Positions 51,469-63,875 of a stretch of 64,000 nt of DNA are shown here, one piece after another. A program made the position numbers and the translations under genes. Position 1 is the stretch's first letter. Every line of letters starts with the position of its first letter. The notes beneath the pieces were generated by a model, which ran no database searches, was not told the DNA's origin, and was given only the letters and a program-made list of their open reading frames with translations. The DNA is from Malacoraja senta (lineage: Eukaryota): contig CM075996.1 of the NCBI GenBank assembly GCA_038087875.1, forward strand, positions 1,924,001 to 1,988,000, written 5' to 3'.

Positions 51469-51867
51469 GTTATAGAGGGCCGGTTAATCGATAAACCCGC
51501 ATGTCTTTGGGACATGAGAGGGAAACCGGAGTGCCCGGAGGAAACCAGGGTGAACGTGAAAACTCCACACGGGCAGCACCAGAGGTCAGGATCGAACTCG
51601 CGTCTCTGGAGGCAAATGCTCGACCTACTGCTGTGTTCTCTTTCGTTCTTTAACCAAGATATTGGTCAACAGTCACTGGTTGTGGTTCAGTTGATTTAAT
51701 AGGAACCTGAGGGGCAACTTTTTCCACACAGAGGGTGGTGAGTGTATGGAACGAGCTGCCAGAGCTGTTGAAGCAGGTATTATAACATTTAAAAGACATT
51801 TGCTCAGGTACATGGATGGGAAAGGTTTTGGAAGGATGTGGGCTAAACATGGGCAGATGGGACTAGT

Positions 51868-52330
51868 TTAGTCAAGTCAAGACAAGTCACTTTTATTTCT
51901 ATAGCACATTTAAAAAACAACTCTCGTTGACCAAAGTGCTTTACATTGGTGGAGGTACTAACGTTATACAACAGTGGTTCATAGATTAAGTACAAACATC
52001 ACTACATACATATAGCCCTCGCTCAGAGGACGTCAAGAAAGACTTGAGAGTAAAGATGAGCTTTAAGTCTCGACTTCAAAGAGTCGATGGAGGGGGCAGT
52101 TCTGATGGGAAAGGGGATGCTGTTCCACAGTCTAGGAGCTGCAACCGCAAAGGCGCCGTCGCCCCTGAGCTTATGCCTAGACCGCGGGATATTCAGTAAC
52201 CCCAAGTCAACCGATCTGAGGGACCTGGAGGTGGTGTGGTGGGTAAGCAGACTTTTGATGTAGGTGGATGCAAGCCTGTTAAGGGCTTTGTAAACATAAA
52301 GAAGGATCTTGAAATTTATTCGGAACCACA
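51868..52330 (-). mobile_element. L2 LINE 3' fragment
   Basis: FRINFKILLYVYKALN...AFAVAAPRLWN and a (TTGAC)n tail. Confidence 0.88.
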
Positions 52331-52334
52331 CAGT

Positions 52335-52490
52335 TTAGATGATGCATCATGCATAACATCCCTCTCGATCTATAAAATCCATAAACACAACTGCCCTGGC
52401 AGACCCATTGTTCTGCCTGCCCATGTCCCACTGAATTCATTTCCACATACCTCAACTCCTTCCTATCCCCCTGGTCCAATCCCTCCCGAC
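52335..52490 (+). mobile_element. Penelope-like RT fragment
   Basis: YKIHKHNCPGRPIV resembles the PKIHK..P.RPIV motif of Penelope RTs. Confidence 0.7.
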
Positions 52491-52657
52491 CAAGAGAGAG
52501 ATAGATATAGCTCTTAGGGCTAACGGAATCAAGGGATACGGGGACAAAGCAGGAACGGGGTACTGATTCTGAACGATCAACCATGATCCTATTGAATGGC
52601 TCGAGAGGCCGAATGGCCCACTCCTGCACCTATGTTGCTATGTTTCTACGTCCAAGT

Positions 52658-52685
52658 CTGAAGAAGGGTCTCAACCCGAAACGTC
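52658..52685 (+). ncRNA. Minimal hammerhead ribozyme core
   Basis: GT-CTGAAGA-AGGGTCTCAACCC-GAAACGTC-AC. Confidence 0.55.
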
Positions 52686-54115
52686 ACCCGTTCCTTCTCT
52701 CCAGACACGCTGCCTGTCCCGCTGAGTTAACTCCAGAATTTTGTGTCTATCTTCGGAGTAAACCAGCATCTGCAGTTCCTTCCTACACATTTGGTTTGGG
52801 AACTGCTCCATCCAAGACCACAAGAAAGTACAGAATTGTACACGCAGCCCAGACCATCGCACAAACAATCCTCCCTTCCTTTTGACTCCATTTATACATC
52901 ACACTGCCTCGGCAAGGCCAGCAGCATAATCAAGGACCAGTCTCACTCACCCTGACCCATCTCCCATCTTCTCCCCTCCCCCATCAGGCAAAGGTGTAAA
53001 AACGCACACCTCCAGATTCAGGGACAGTTTCTTCCAGCTGTTATCAGGCGACTGAACCGTCCTACCACAACCAGAGAGCTGTGCTGAACTACTATCTACC
53101 TCATTCAAGACCCTCGGACTATCCTTGTTCAGAGGGCGGTGGAGGCAGGTTCTCTGGATGCTTTCAAGAGATAGCTAGATAGGGCTCTTTAAAATAGCGG
53201 AGTCAGGGGATATGGGGAGAAGGGAGGAACGGGGTACCGATTGGGGATGATCAGCCATGATCACATTGAATGGCGGTGCTGTCTCGAAAGGCCAAATGGC
53301 CTACTCCTGCACCCATTGTCTATTGTCTATTGACTTTGCTGGCTTTACCTTGGACTAAATGTTATCCTGTATCTGTACACTGTAAATGGCTCAATTGTAA
53401 TCATGTATTGTCTTTCTGCTGACTGGATAGCACCCAACAGAAGCTTTTCACTGTACCTCGGTCCACGTGACAATAAACTGAATTCAAACTCAATTATCGA
53501 AAGATCCTTGCGACTTTCTTCTCCCAGTGGCTTCTACAATAAGTTCAAAGTGATTGTTGACAGCCAGCAACCACAACCACAACCACAACATTGGACTAAT
53601 CTGACAACTAATTAGTGTTAAAGAATTTTCACAAAGTGCAACCCAAGATGTAATAACCACATTTTTTTAATTAACTTTTAAAATACTTTACAGAGTATAA
53701 CTAAAAATTGGAGCAGACACATGATTAAAGCAGAAGCAAAAAAATATACTTATTTAAAAAAATAAAATCTATGCTGTTTTGAAATATTTATGAAAGAGAA
53801 TTACAGTCCTTCTAAATAAGGGTCTCGACCCGAAACGTCACCCATTCCTTCTCTCCAGAGATGCTGCCTGTGCTGCTGAGTTCCTCCAGCATTTTGTTTT
53901 TATCTTCGGTTTAAACCAGCATCTGCAGTTCCTTCCTACATGTAGAGTCCAATAGCTTTGTTTTGGAGAGATATTGCTAAACAGTAAATTGGGTTTTAAA
54001 ATATAATGTAGATCTTGTGCATGTACATAGAACAGTACAGCACAGGAACAGGCCCTTCTGCCCACAATGTCTGTGCTGAACATGATGCCGTGTTAGACTA
54101 ATCGCAGCCTGCATG

Positions 54116-54168
54116 GGGGTGAAGATTGCAACCTTCACGTGGTCCGCCCTGTTTCGACTAATGCAAAC
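54116..54168 (+). ncRNA. Minimal HDV-like ribozyme fold
   Basis: P1 GGGGTGA/CCGCCCT with a G-U pair at +1; P2 GATTGCA/TGCAAAC; P3 ACC/GGT; L3 TTCACGT; P1.1 G54151; vestigial P4; J4/2 CTAA with candidate catalytic C54158. Confidence 0.75.
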
Positions 54169-54251
54169 AACTCGACGTGCACAAACGGAAGATCAAATAG
54201 AACAAGTTGTCCAACAACTTTAGGCTGTGCACGCCACATGAAAGAAGAAGA
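54116..54251 (+). mobile_element. 136-bp non-autonomous retroposon (Ingi/Vingi-like) with 5' ribozyme
   Basis: 10-bp TSD AGCCTGCATG (54106-15, 54252-61), (GAA)n tail, no tRNA head. Confidence 0.8.
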
Positions 54252-54884
54252 AGCCTGCATGTGATCCATATCCATTCCATGTATATCCATACATATAGAA
54301 ACATAGACAATAGGTGCAGGAGTAGGCCATTCAGCCTTTCGAGCCAGCACCGCCATTCAATATGATCATGGCTGATCATCTAAAATCAGTACCCCATTCC
54401 TGTTTTCTCTCCATATCCCTTGATTCCATTAGCCCTAAGAGCTAGATCTAACTCTCTTGAAAACATCCAGTGAATTGGCCTCCACTGCCTTTTGTGGCGG
54501 AGAATTCCACAGATTCACAACTCTCTGGGTGAAAAAGTTGTTCCTCATCTCAGTCCTAAATGGCCTACCGCTTATTCTTAAACTGTGTGACCCCTGGTTC
54601 TGGACTCCCCCAACATGGGGGACATTTATCCTGCATCTAGCCTGTCCAATCTTTAAGAATTTTATATGTTTCTATAAGATCTCCTCTCATCCTTCTAAAT
54701 TCCAGTGAATACAAGCCAGTCGACCCATTCTTGCCCAGTCGACCCCTACACACACCCATATGGACTGTGCTAAAGTGTTAGTGTACGGGGTAATCGCTGG
54801 TCGGCATGGACTTAGTGGGCCGAAGGGCCTGTTTCCGCGTAGCATCTCTAAGTCTACACACAAACGCTGATGGGTGCTTGATGT

Positions 54885-55147
54885 CACATACACTTACACA
54901 CACATATATATTAACATAGATACACACATAACCATATACATACGTGCACACATACACATACATACACAGGCACGCATATATAAACACATATACATACACA
55001 CACTCACCCACACACACACACATACCGACACACACACAGAGCGACATACACACCGACACAAACAAACACCAACACATATGCATACATACACAGGCACGCA
55101 TATATAGACACATATACACACCCACACACACACACACACACACACAC
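54885..55147. repeat. Degenerate (CA/TA)n microsatellite
   Basis: Direct inspection. Confidence 0.95.
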
Positions 55148-55599
55148 CCCGTTGTTGAAGGTCCTCAGGTCCAGTTCCCCAGATTGAAATGCACAACAGA
55201 GTCTTGGATCTATCGAGTTATCCACATCACTGACTCACGCAATGAATCATTAGAAAGCTTGTACAGATGAAACAAAATGAAGAGATGGTTGAACTTTGAA
55301 GCTCAAACACTGTAAATGAAAAACGAGGGGTTTGCATCGAAAGAATTTGCATTTTTGATTTGAAAAGTCATCAGGCACTCAGTCAATGGCAGGTTAAGCT
55401 ATCTCCCTGATAAAAGCATTAATTAAATAACATGTAATCCCATCTTTTAACGAACAGTTACTCGGGCAGCAGTGGGGGAGGGAGCTCACAGATCCATCTG
55501 TCTTTGGGAAGAACAGATTGATATTTAGAAAAAAAAAGACAGTCAAGGAGATAAGATTGATTGAGGAATTCAAATAGGATTAGGGATTGTGTAGTAGCA

Positions 55600-56230
55600 C
55601 GTGGAGAGAGGGAGAGGGAGAGAGGGAGAAGGAGAGGGAGATAGAGTGGGAGGGGAGAGAAAGAGGAGTAGAGGGAGGGAGTAGGGAGAGAGGGGGAGAG
55701 AGAGAAAGGGGATAGGAGATGGGATAGAGAGAAGGAGAGGGATTGGAAGAGAGAGATAGGGGATGGGAGAAAGGGGAGAGGGCAAGAGGGGAGAGACGAG
55801 AAAGAGGGGGGTAGAGAGAAGGAGTGGGGAGGGGAGTATGAGAGGGGTCAGAGTGGGGAGAGAGGAAGGGCTGAGAGGGGGAGAGAAAGAGAGGACTGGG
55901 AGAGAGATAGGGAGTTGGGAGAGAGAGGGGACAGAAGGAAGAGGGAGTGGCAAGAGGGGAAGAGAGAGAGAGGGGGGAGAGGCGAGGGGGAATATGAGAG
56001 GGGGAAAAGAGAGGGAGAGAGAGAAGGAAAGAGAAGGATGGAGAGAGAGAGATAGAGAGGGAGAGGGATGAGGAAGAGGAGAGACAGATATCGAGAGAAA
56101 GGGATGAGAGGGTGAGAGCAAGGGAGAAATAAATAGAGAGGGGGAGAGGCAAAGGGGGGGGGGCGAGAGGGAGAAGGGTGTGAGAAAGTGTGAGAGAGAG
56201 GGAGATAGAGAGATTGAGATAGGAGAGAAA
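55600..56230. repeat. Polypurine (GA-rich) low-complexity tract
   Basis: About 630 bp that is almost entirely G/A on the plus strand. Confidence 0.95.
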
Positions 56231-57578
56231 CCAAAACTGAAGGTGGACGCAAAAAGCTGGAGTAACTCAGCGGGACAGGCAGCATCTCTGGAGAGAAGGA
56301 ATGGGCGACGGTTCGGGTCGAGACCTTTCTTCAGTCTGAAGAATGCCCGGCAACGGGATTATCTAAGATGGATCACCGAATCCAGCATGGATGAGTTGGG
56401 GCTGAATGTCACCTCCAAACCTCCTTTGCTTCAGGGAGAACAGAGCTATCCAACCACTCCAATCTAGGCAACACCCCAGCTCCAACTTGCAGCCAAAACG
56501 TAATTGCATCCCTCCTAAAGTGTGGCATCAGGAACACCAGACAATAAGGCAAGGCTCCACGAGGAGTATCGAACGTACCTAGACACTGTGGACATGTTAC
56601 AGAAGCCAATTAACCTACAAACCCGCACGTCTTTGGAGTGTGGGAGGAAACCGGAGCACCCGGTGAAAACCCACGCAGGTCACGGGGAGAACGTACAAAC
56701 TCCGTACAGACAGAGCCCGTGGTCAGGATCGAACCCGGATCTTTGGCGCTGTGAGGCAGCAACTCTACCGCTGCGGCACCGTGCCAATCCACTCAACGTT
56801 ACCAATGGCCATTGCCATGAAGAACGAAACTATTTCCATGGTACATTTCAAAGAAATGCAATAATTTATTTTTCATTTCTAAGGAGAGCAGATTAACTGG
56901 AGTGAATTACTAATCAATGAGCTTTTCATTCCAGATTCACCCATATTTTAAAACCTCCAGTTAATTGAGTGTTGTATCTGGCAGGCAGCATGAATCTTTG
57001 CCAGTAATTGCAGCCAACTTCTGCACACTGAGATGGGATGAGTAATTGATGGGAATTTATCACTGACCCCTGGGAGCAGAGGTAGAGTTGCTGCCTCACA
57101 GCGCCAGAGACCCGGGTTCGATCCCGACTACGGGTGCTGTCTGTACGGAGTTTGTACCTTCTCCCCGTGACCTTTCTCCGTGATCTTCGGTTTGTCGGTT
57201 AATTGGCTTGGTATAAATAAAAGTGTAATATTGTCCCTGGTGTGTGTAGGATAGCGTTAGTGTGCGGGGATCGCTGGCTGGTGAGGACTCGGTGGGCAGA
57301 ATGGTCCGTTTCCGCACTGTATCTCTAAACAAAACTAATAAGCTATGTTCTATGTTCTTATTGCACAAGCTCAGGCAACATCCTGGTGAATCTCTCCCGC
57401 ATCCATTCCAACCTAATGACGCCCTTTCTATAACTGGGTGACTTCATAAGTTCACAAGTTATAGGAGTAGAATTAGACCATTTGACCCGTCGAGTCGACT
57501 CCACCATTCAATCGTGGCTGATCTCTGCTTCCTAATCCCATTTCCTGCCTTCTCCCCATAATCATTGACACCTGTTCT

Positions 57579-58102
57579 TTTTATTTTTTTTTAATATTTT
57601 AATTTTATTAGAAGTAAGTACAATTGTATACAATCATATTTTCATAATACCTTTTATGTACAGCTTCTTATTTAAAAAAAAAATTGTAATAAAGAAGAAA
57701 AAGAAAAAAGTTAGATAATGAAAAATAGAAAAATGTGAGATATATAGTGTGTGAAAAAGAAAAATAGAGAGTGAAAAAAGAAAGTTGAGACATAGAAAAT
57801 AGAAGAAAGAGAGTAAAAGAAGAAAAGAGAAGAAAAGAAAATAGAAGATCATTTATAATCTTGACCATCCCTCACCCAGTCACGGATTAGCTTTTACACT
57901 TGTGTTGCACCATATGTTTCCAAAAAGACGACAAATGGAGACCAACTCGTTATGAATTGGTCAAATTTATCTATTAGGAGGAATCGCATTTCCTCAAGAT
58001 GTGCGGTATCCAACAATACTTGCAATCCACATTTTGAGCGTTGGTATTGGTGTATTTTTCCAAAATTTCAATATTAATTTTTTTGCTATTATTAAACCAT
58101 AA
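57579..58102 (-). mobile_element. 5'-truncated L1/Tx1-type LINE 3' end
   Basis: AKKLILKFWK...W C-terminal motif, T-rich 3' UTR, A-rich tail, TSD TTGACACCTGTTCT inside a CR1. A related 3' end lies at ~39470-39815 (+). Confidence 0.75.
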
Positions 58103-59469
58103 TTGACACCTGTTCTAATCAAGACTTTGTCCATCTCTGCCTTAAAAATATCCACTGACTTGGCCTCCACAGCTCTCTGTGGCAATGAGTTCCACATATA
58201 ACTACCCTCTGGCTAAAGAAGTTCCTCCTCACCTCCTTTCTAAAAGTAGCGCCCTTTAATTCTGAGGCTATGACTTCTGGTCCCAGACTCTCCCACCAGT
58301 GGAAACATCTTTTCCACATCACTCTATCTAGGCCATGTCAATGGATATTTTAAAGATAGAGATAGATAGATTATTGATTAGTACGGGTGTCAGGGGTTAT
58401 GGGGAGAAGGCAGGAGAATGGGGTTAAGGGAGGGAGAGATCAGCCATGATTGAATGGTGAAACAGACATGATGGGCCGAATGGTCTAATTCTGCTCCTAT
58501 CACTTTTGACCTTATGACCATGGATAGGGGGCAGGTAGATACTGTAACTTGGAAAGTTTACACTAGTGGAAACATCCTCTCCACATCACTCTATCCAGGC
58601 CTGTCATTAATCTGTAAGTCTCAATGAGGTTCCCCCTCATCCTACTCAGCCAGCGAGTACCATCAAACGCTCATCATATGTTAACTGGGTTAACCCACTA
58701 ATTACTGGGTTCATTCTTGTAAACCTCCTCTGGACCCTCTCCAGGGCCAGAAAATACTTCCTCAGACACGGGACCCACATTTGCACACAGTACTCCAAAT
58801 GCGGTCTGACCAGCACCTTATAGAACCTCAGCATTACATCTCTTGTGTTGTAGAGGGAGAGGGAGAGGGAATGGGATCCTCCCCTCTGCCAGGGGTTCCA
58901 CGCACACCAAAAAGTCTCTCCACAAGTCCGTCCAGTCTACAGATGGCAATCCGCCCCAGAGCAGAGGTCACCGCTGAGTGGAGTCAGGAACAGCAGCTAA
59001 AGATGCCCATCGCTGACACCAGCTGCATTCCCGCAGTCTGGCAGATGCCCCTTGGGCGCTCAATCTGCTGCCAAGGTGGTCCAGGGCTGGTTCTCAACAA
59101 CGATGCTGCCCAACATAGAAACATAAGAAACATAGAAAATAGGTGCAGGATAGGCCATTCGGCCTTCGAGCCTGCACCGCCATTCAATATGATCATGGCT
59201 GATCATCCAACTTAGTATCCCGTACCTGCCTTCTCTCCATACCCCCTGATCCCCTTTAGCCACAAGGGCCACATCTAACTCCCTCTTAAATATAGCCAAT
59301 GAACTGGTCTCAACTACTTCTGTAGCAGAGAATTCCACAGATTCACCACTCTCTGTGTGAAAAATGTTTTCTCATCTCGGTCCTAAAAGACTTCCCCCTT
59401 ATCTTAACTGTGACCCCTTGTCCTGGACTTCCCCAACATCGGGAACAATCTTCCTGCATCTAGCCTGTC

Positions 59470-59677
59470 TGTAAAGAGGAGTTCATAACACACTGTGTCT
59501 TTACTACTGTTTATTCATGATACACATACTTTACTGCCCTAGCTGTTCGTGGTCTGTCACCGGAACCAGAGAGAGAGAGAGCACTGGGTGGGAAGGTTGT
59601 AATTATACTAGTGATGTGGGGAGTGGTTAGTAGTGGTGAGGTCACTATGTTAAAGGTACATGCACATATCATCTACA
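59470..59677 (-). repeat. 3' LTR, 208 bp
   Basis: Its first ~34 bp on the plus strand match 63968-64000 except for one substitution and one indel. AATAAA is present on the minus strand. Confidence 0.92.
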
Positions 59678-59768
59678 TCCTTCCCCTTGGAAATAAAAAG
59701 CAATACAGTAGCGACAGGGCGACCACGTCTCATACGCTACGAGCAGGTGAGCAAACAGTTAAGCAAAA

Positions 59769-62700
59769 TCACCATAACGGACAGGCGGCCTGACCACCCG
59801 CCCGGACCGGGGTACGCAGCTCGCCATCTCCCCCCTCTGGAGGAATTTGAGTAGGAGCAGACGCGGGTGAGAGAACCGGGGAACCGGGAGGAGAAAGAGA
59901 AAACGGAGACGGAGCAGGGGAAGCAGGAGCAGTAGCGGGAAGACGGGCAGGCGAGGGAGGACTGGCTGGTGGAGAGCAGGGCTGATATAGCTGAGAAGGC
60001 AGGGACCGAGGCATACATGGAGGGGCAGGCAACGTGGCAGACAGTGGGGGGGGGGGAAAGGGGTCTGCAGGCGGCGGCGGGGGCTCGTTAACAAGCCGCA
60101 GATGTTGGCGGGACCGGCGGTAAATAGTACCGTCATGGTCGACTAGATAGGACCGCGGCGAACCAGCAGTACCGACGACGATGGCAAGCCTGGGGTGACC
60201 GGAGCGGGACTGCATCCGGATGACTTGACCAGGGAACAGAGGCGGGAGGGGACGGCAGGACTTGTCGTGGGAGCGCTTTTGGATTTCTTGCTTGAGGGCA
60301 ATGCGCTCCCAGACAGCAGCGGGCTGGAGAACAGAGGGAACGAGGGACCACTGGGTCACCGGGATCGGAGGTCTCGTAGTGCGAGACATCAGCCGTTGTG
60401 CTGGGGAGCCCAAGGCAGTGTCGCGGCAAATGTTTCGTAGGTTGAGGAGGGCCAGGTAAAAGTCAGAATGGGACAGTCTACAATGTTCCAGCAAGTCCTT
60501 AGCACTGCGGACAGCGCGCTCTGCCAAGCCGTTGCTTTGAGGGTACTCTGGGCTGCTGGTATAGTGTCGGAAGTTCCAGCTGGCAGCGAAACTCCAAAAT
60601 TCGGCACTCGAGAACTGGCTGCCGTTGTCCGATTGAAGACTTGCCGGGGTGCCAAAGGTTCCGAAGTGGCGGCGCAGCCTCCCGATAACGGCCGAAGAGG
60701 TGAGGGAGTGCAGCTGGTTAACCTCGAACCAGCTGGAGTACGAGTCCACAAGAACCAGGAAGTGCTTGCCACGCCACTCAAAAATGTCAGCGGCGACGGT
60801 CATCCAGGGCAGCTCGGGGGCAGGCTGTTGCAGAAGCGGCTGCCGTTGCTGATGGGGAGTGAGGCTATTGCAGACAGAGCAAGCGGAGACCCTCTCCCGG
60901 ATGTCTTGGGCCATGCTGGGCCAGTAGAACAAACTCTGGGCCTGAGACAGGGTGGCCTCGGCCCCAGAATGACCACGATGGGCGGTCTGAAAAGTATTGG
61001 TCACGCAGGGCAGCAGGCACAACCACCTTGTGTCCCTTCACGACAACGCCGTCATGCAGCACGAGCTCATCACGGACCAGGAAGTAGGGCACGACTCCAG
61101 CAGGCAAGGATGAACGACGGTCTGGCCAGCCCTGCCTGATGACGTCGGCAAGCTGCTGCAGGGCAGGATCCATGGCAGTGTTGCTGACCAGGGACTGCAT
61201 CTGCTGGGAAGGCACAATGTTGACGTTGAGCACCATCAGGTCAGCCGATTCATATGGATGGCGATCGGTGGACGTTAGCGCTGCGCGGGACAGCGTGTCG
61301 GCCACAAACATGTCCTTGCCCTTGCGATATACAATTTTGAACGTAAAACGCTGGAGCTGCAGCATCATGCGCTGCAAACGGGACGAGGCAACGTGGATCG
61401 GCTTTGTTGAGGATAGAGACCAGCGGCTGATGGTCGGTCTCGATCGTGAAGCTGTTAGTCCTTGAATATAGTCCTTGAACTTGGAGCAGGCAAACACCAC
61501 AGCAAGCAGCTCCTTCTCTATCTGAGCATAGCGCTGCTCGGCAGGGGTCATGGTGCGGGACGCGTAGGAAACAGGCAGCTGCAGGCCATCGTGGAGCTGC
61601 AGGCAAGCAGCACCAAGACCGAACTTGGAGGCGTCGCAGGTAAGAACAATGGGACGCTGTAGATTGAAGAATTGGAGAGTGGGGGTACTGGCCAGCCTGG
61701 ACTTCAGAACGTCAAAAGCTTTCTGGTGATGCGGGAGCCAGGCCCAGGCAGTGTCCTTCTTGATCAACTCCCTCAGGGGCGCGCTCAGCTCGCTGAGGTC
61801 GGGGATGAACTTCCCCAGGTAATTAACCATGCCCAGGAAACGCTGCAGGCTGGGCACGTCGGTGGGCGAAGACATCCCGGAGACCGCAGCCGTCTTCTGC
61901 TGGTCGGGCTTCAGCCCCGATGCGGTAAAGACGTGGCCCACATAGGTGACGTCCGGGATGCGGAAACAGCACTTCTTTGGGTTTAGTTTGAGGTTGATCT
62001 CACGGGCCCGGTCCAGGACTTGACGGAGGTGGAGATCGTGCTCAGCAACGTCCTTACCGTAGACCAGGATGTCGTCAACGATGATAGCACACGGCAGACC
62101 GGCGAACAGCTGCTCCATCGTCCGCTGGAAGACCTCGCTGGCAGAGTTGATCCCGAATGGCATGCGGAGGAATCGGAACCTGCCGAAGGGCGTGCTGAAG
62201 GTAGTCAGGTAGGAGGACCGCTCGTCCAGCGGTATCTGCCAGAAGGAGCTCTTGGCATCGAGAACCGAGAAGACAGTGGCCGGGCCAACCTGTGCAGCGA
62301 CGTCCTCCACTGTTCGCATGGGGTAATGAGACGTCTGATGGCAAGGTTCAGTTCTTTGGGGTTGATGCAAATGCGAATTTCACTTTTGTCCTTTTTCGCA
62401 GCAACAACCATGGTGTAGACCCACCGGGTGGGTTCGCTCACCTCCTTCAGGATGCCCATGGTAACCATGTTGAGCAGCGTTAACTCCACCTTGTCCTTCA
62501 TGGCGAAGGAGACGCGGTGTGGTGGACGAATCATAGGTTCAACACCGGGGTCGACAACGATCTTGTAGCAGCACGGCAGCTTGCCCAGCTTGTCATCAAA
62601 ATGATCAGCGTATTCACGCAGGGGGTCCATAAGGGTCCGCACCTCGTGGATAACACGGTGGAAAGAGACCAAGCCGAGGTCCTGGCACGCCCGGGCACCC

Positions 62701-63875
62701 AACAGGGTGATGTTGTTAGTATCCAGTAGATAAAAAATGAGGGGCCGAGAGGCATGCAGTACCTTGCAGTGCAGGGTAGCCCTCCCCACCGGAACGAGCA
62801 CGCTTCCCCCGTAGGCAGGCAACAGGGAGTGATCAGGAGTAACTTTCTCATCAGTCCTTATCTTCTTGAAGAGGCTTATTGACATTACATTGGTCACGGC
62901 CCCCGTGTCGAGTTTGGCGGTGAAGGTCGAGCCGTTGACAGTAACGCGAACCGAAGGGTCCGTTATCAGTGCAGGTGCAGCCAACACCGAAAATATGCTG
63001 GTCTCCCCCTGGGAGGAACTTGTATCAGACAAAGGGAGTTCATCAGGCTGGAACTGTGAACCAAGCGCGCTATCAGCTCGAGCAAGGTTGTTTAACATTC
63101 GGCGTGGAGCAGGAACTGGCTTCCCACGAGAGCGACAGGCGGCAGAGAAATGGTTCAATTTCCTGCAAAAGTTGCACGTTTTTTTCAGTGCAGGGCACAC
63201 ATTAGACTGATGGGAGGTAAAGTTGCAGTTGGGGCACCGCTGTGGGCTGCTACCCCCGGGTGCAGGGGACCCCCGTTGCCGTTGCGGGCCAGCGTTCCGC
63301 CGGCGGCCAGCAACACTGGTAAAGTTAATGTCATGATCAGCAGACGACACCGCCGAGGCGACAGCCTCAGCCATGCGGGAGGCGTGCAGAGTCTCGGCTA
63401 AAGACAGGTCGTGCTTCCGTAGAAGTTCAGCCCTTAGTTTTTCATCTTGAAGACCATACACTAAAATGTCCCGGGTCAGTTGATCGGGGGTCAGTGTGTC
63501 CAGGCTGCAACGCCTGGCCAGGTGACGCAACGCGGCGATATAGTTATCGATTGACTCTCCAGAGATCTGACGCCGGGTGAACATTTTAAAACGCTCTAGA
63601 ATGCAGTTAGTGGGGATGTCGCACATTGCGGTAAACTTAGCCATAAGATATACCGGGTCCTGAGCATCTTCACCTGCACCATAGACAAACGACTCAGCCC
63701 GTTCCAGGGCATCGGGACCAGCCAGGTTGAGAAGCAGAGAAGCCCGTGTAGCAGGGGTGGCAGCAGGATGGGCGATCGTGACGTAGTGTTGGAAGTCACG
63801 TCTAAAGACACCCCACCGATGGGCAATGTCCGAGTCGAAGACAAGCATGTCGGGTTTGCGGCAAGAAGTAGCCAT
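59769..63875 (-). pseudogene. Gypsy gag-pol polyprotein, frameshifted
   Basis: Two CCHC knuckles (CPNC..H..C, CNFC..H..C), protease LDTGA, RT IVDDIL, RNase H TCDAS/YAQIEKE, integrase HRGH..CSVC and SDNG..SNGLAER. Frame breaks near 62330, 61457, 61405 and 60990. Confidence 0.9.

Noticed and set aside
54778..56285. Cys/Val-, His/Thr- and Ser/Leu/Pro-rich ORFs
   Set aside because: Translations of microsatellite and polypurine tracts.
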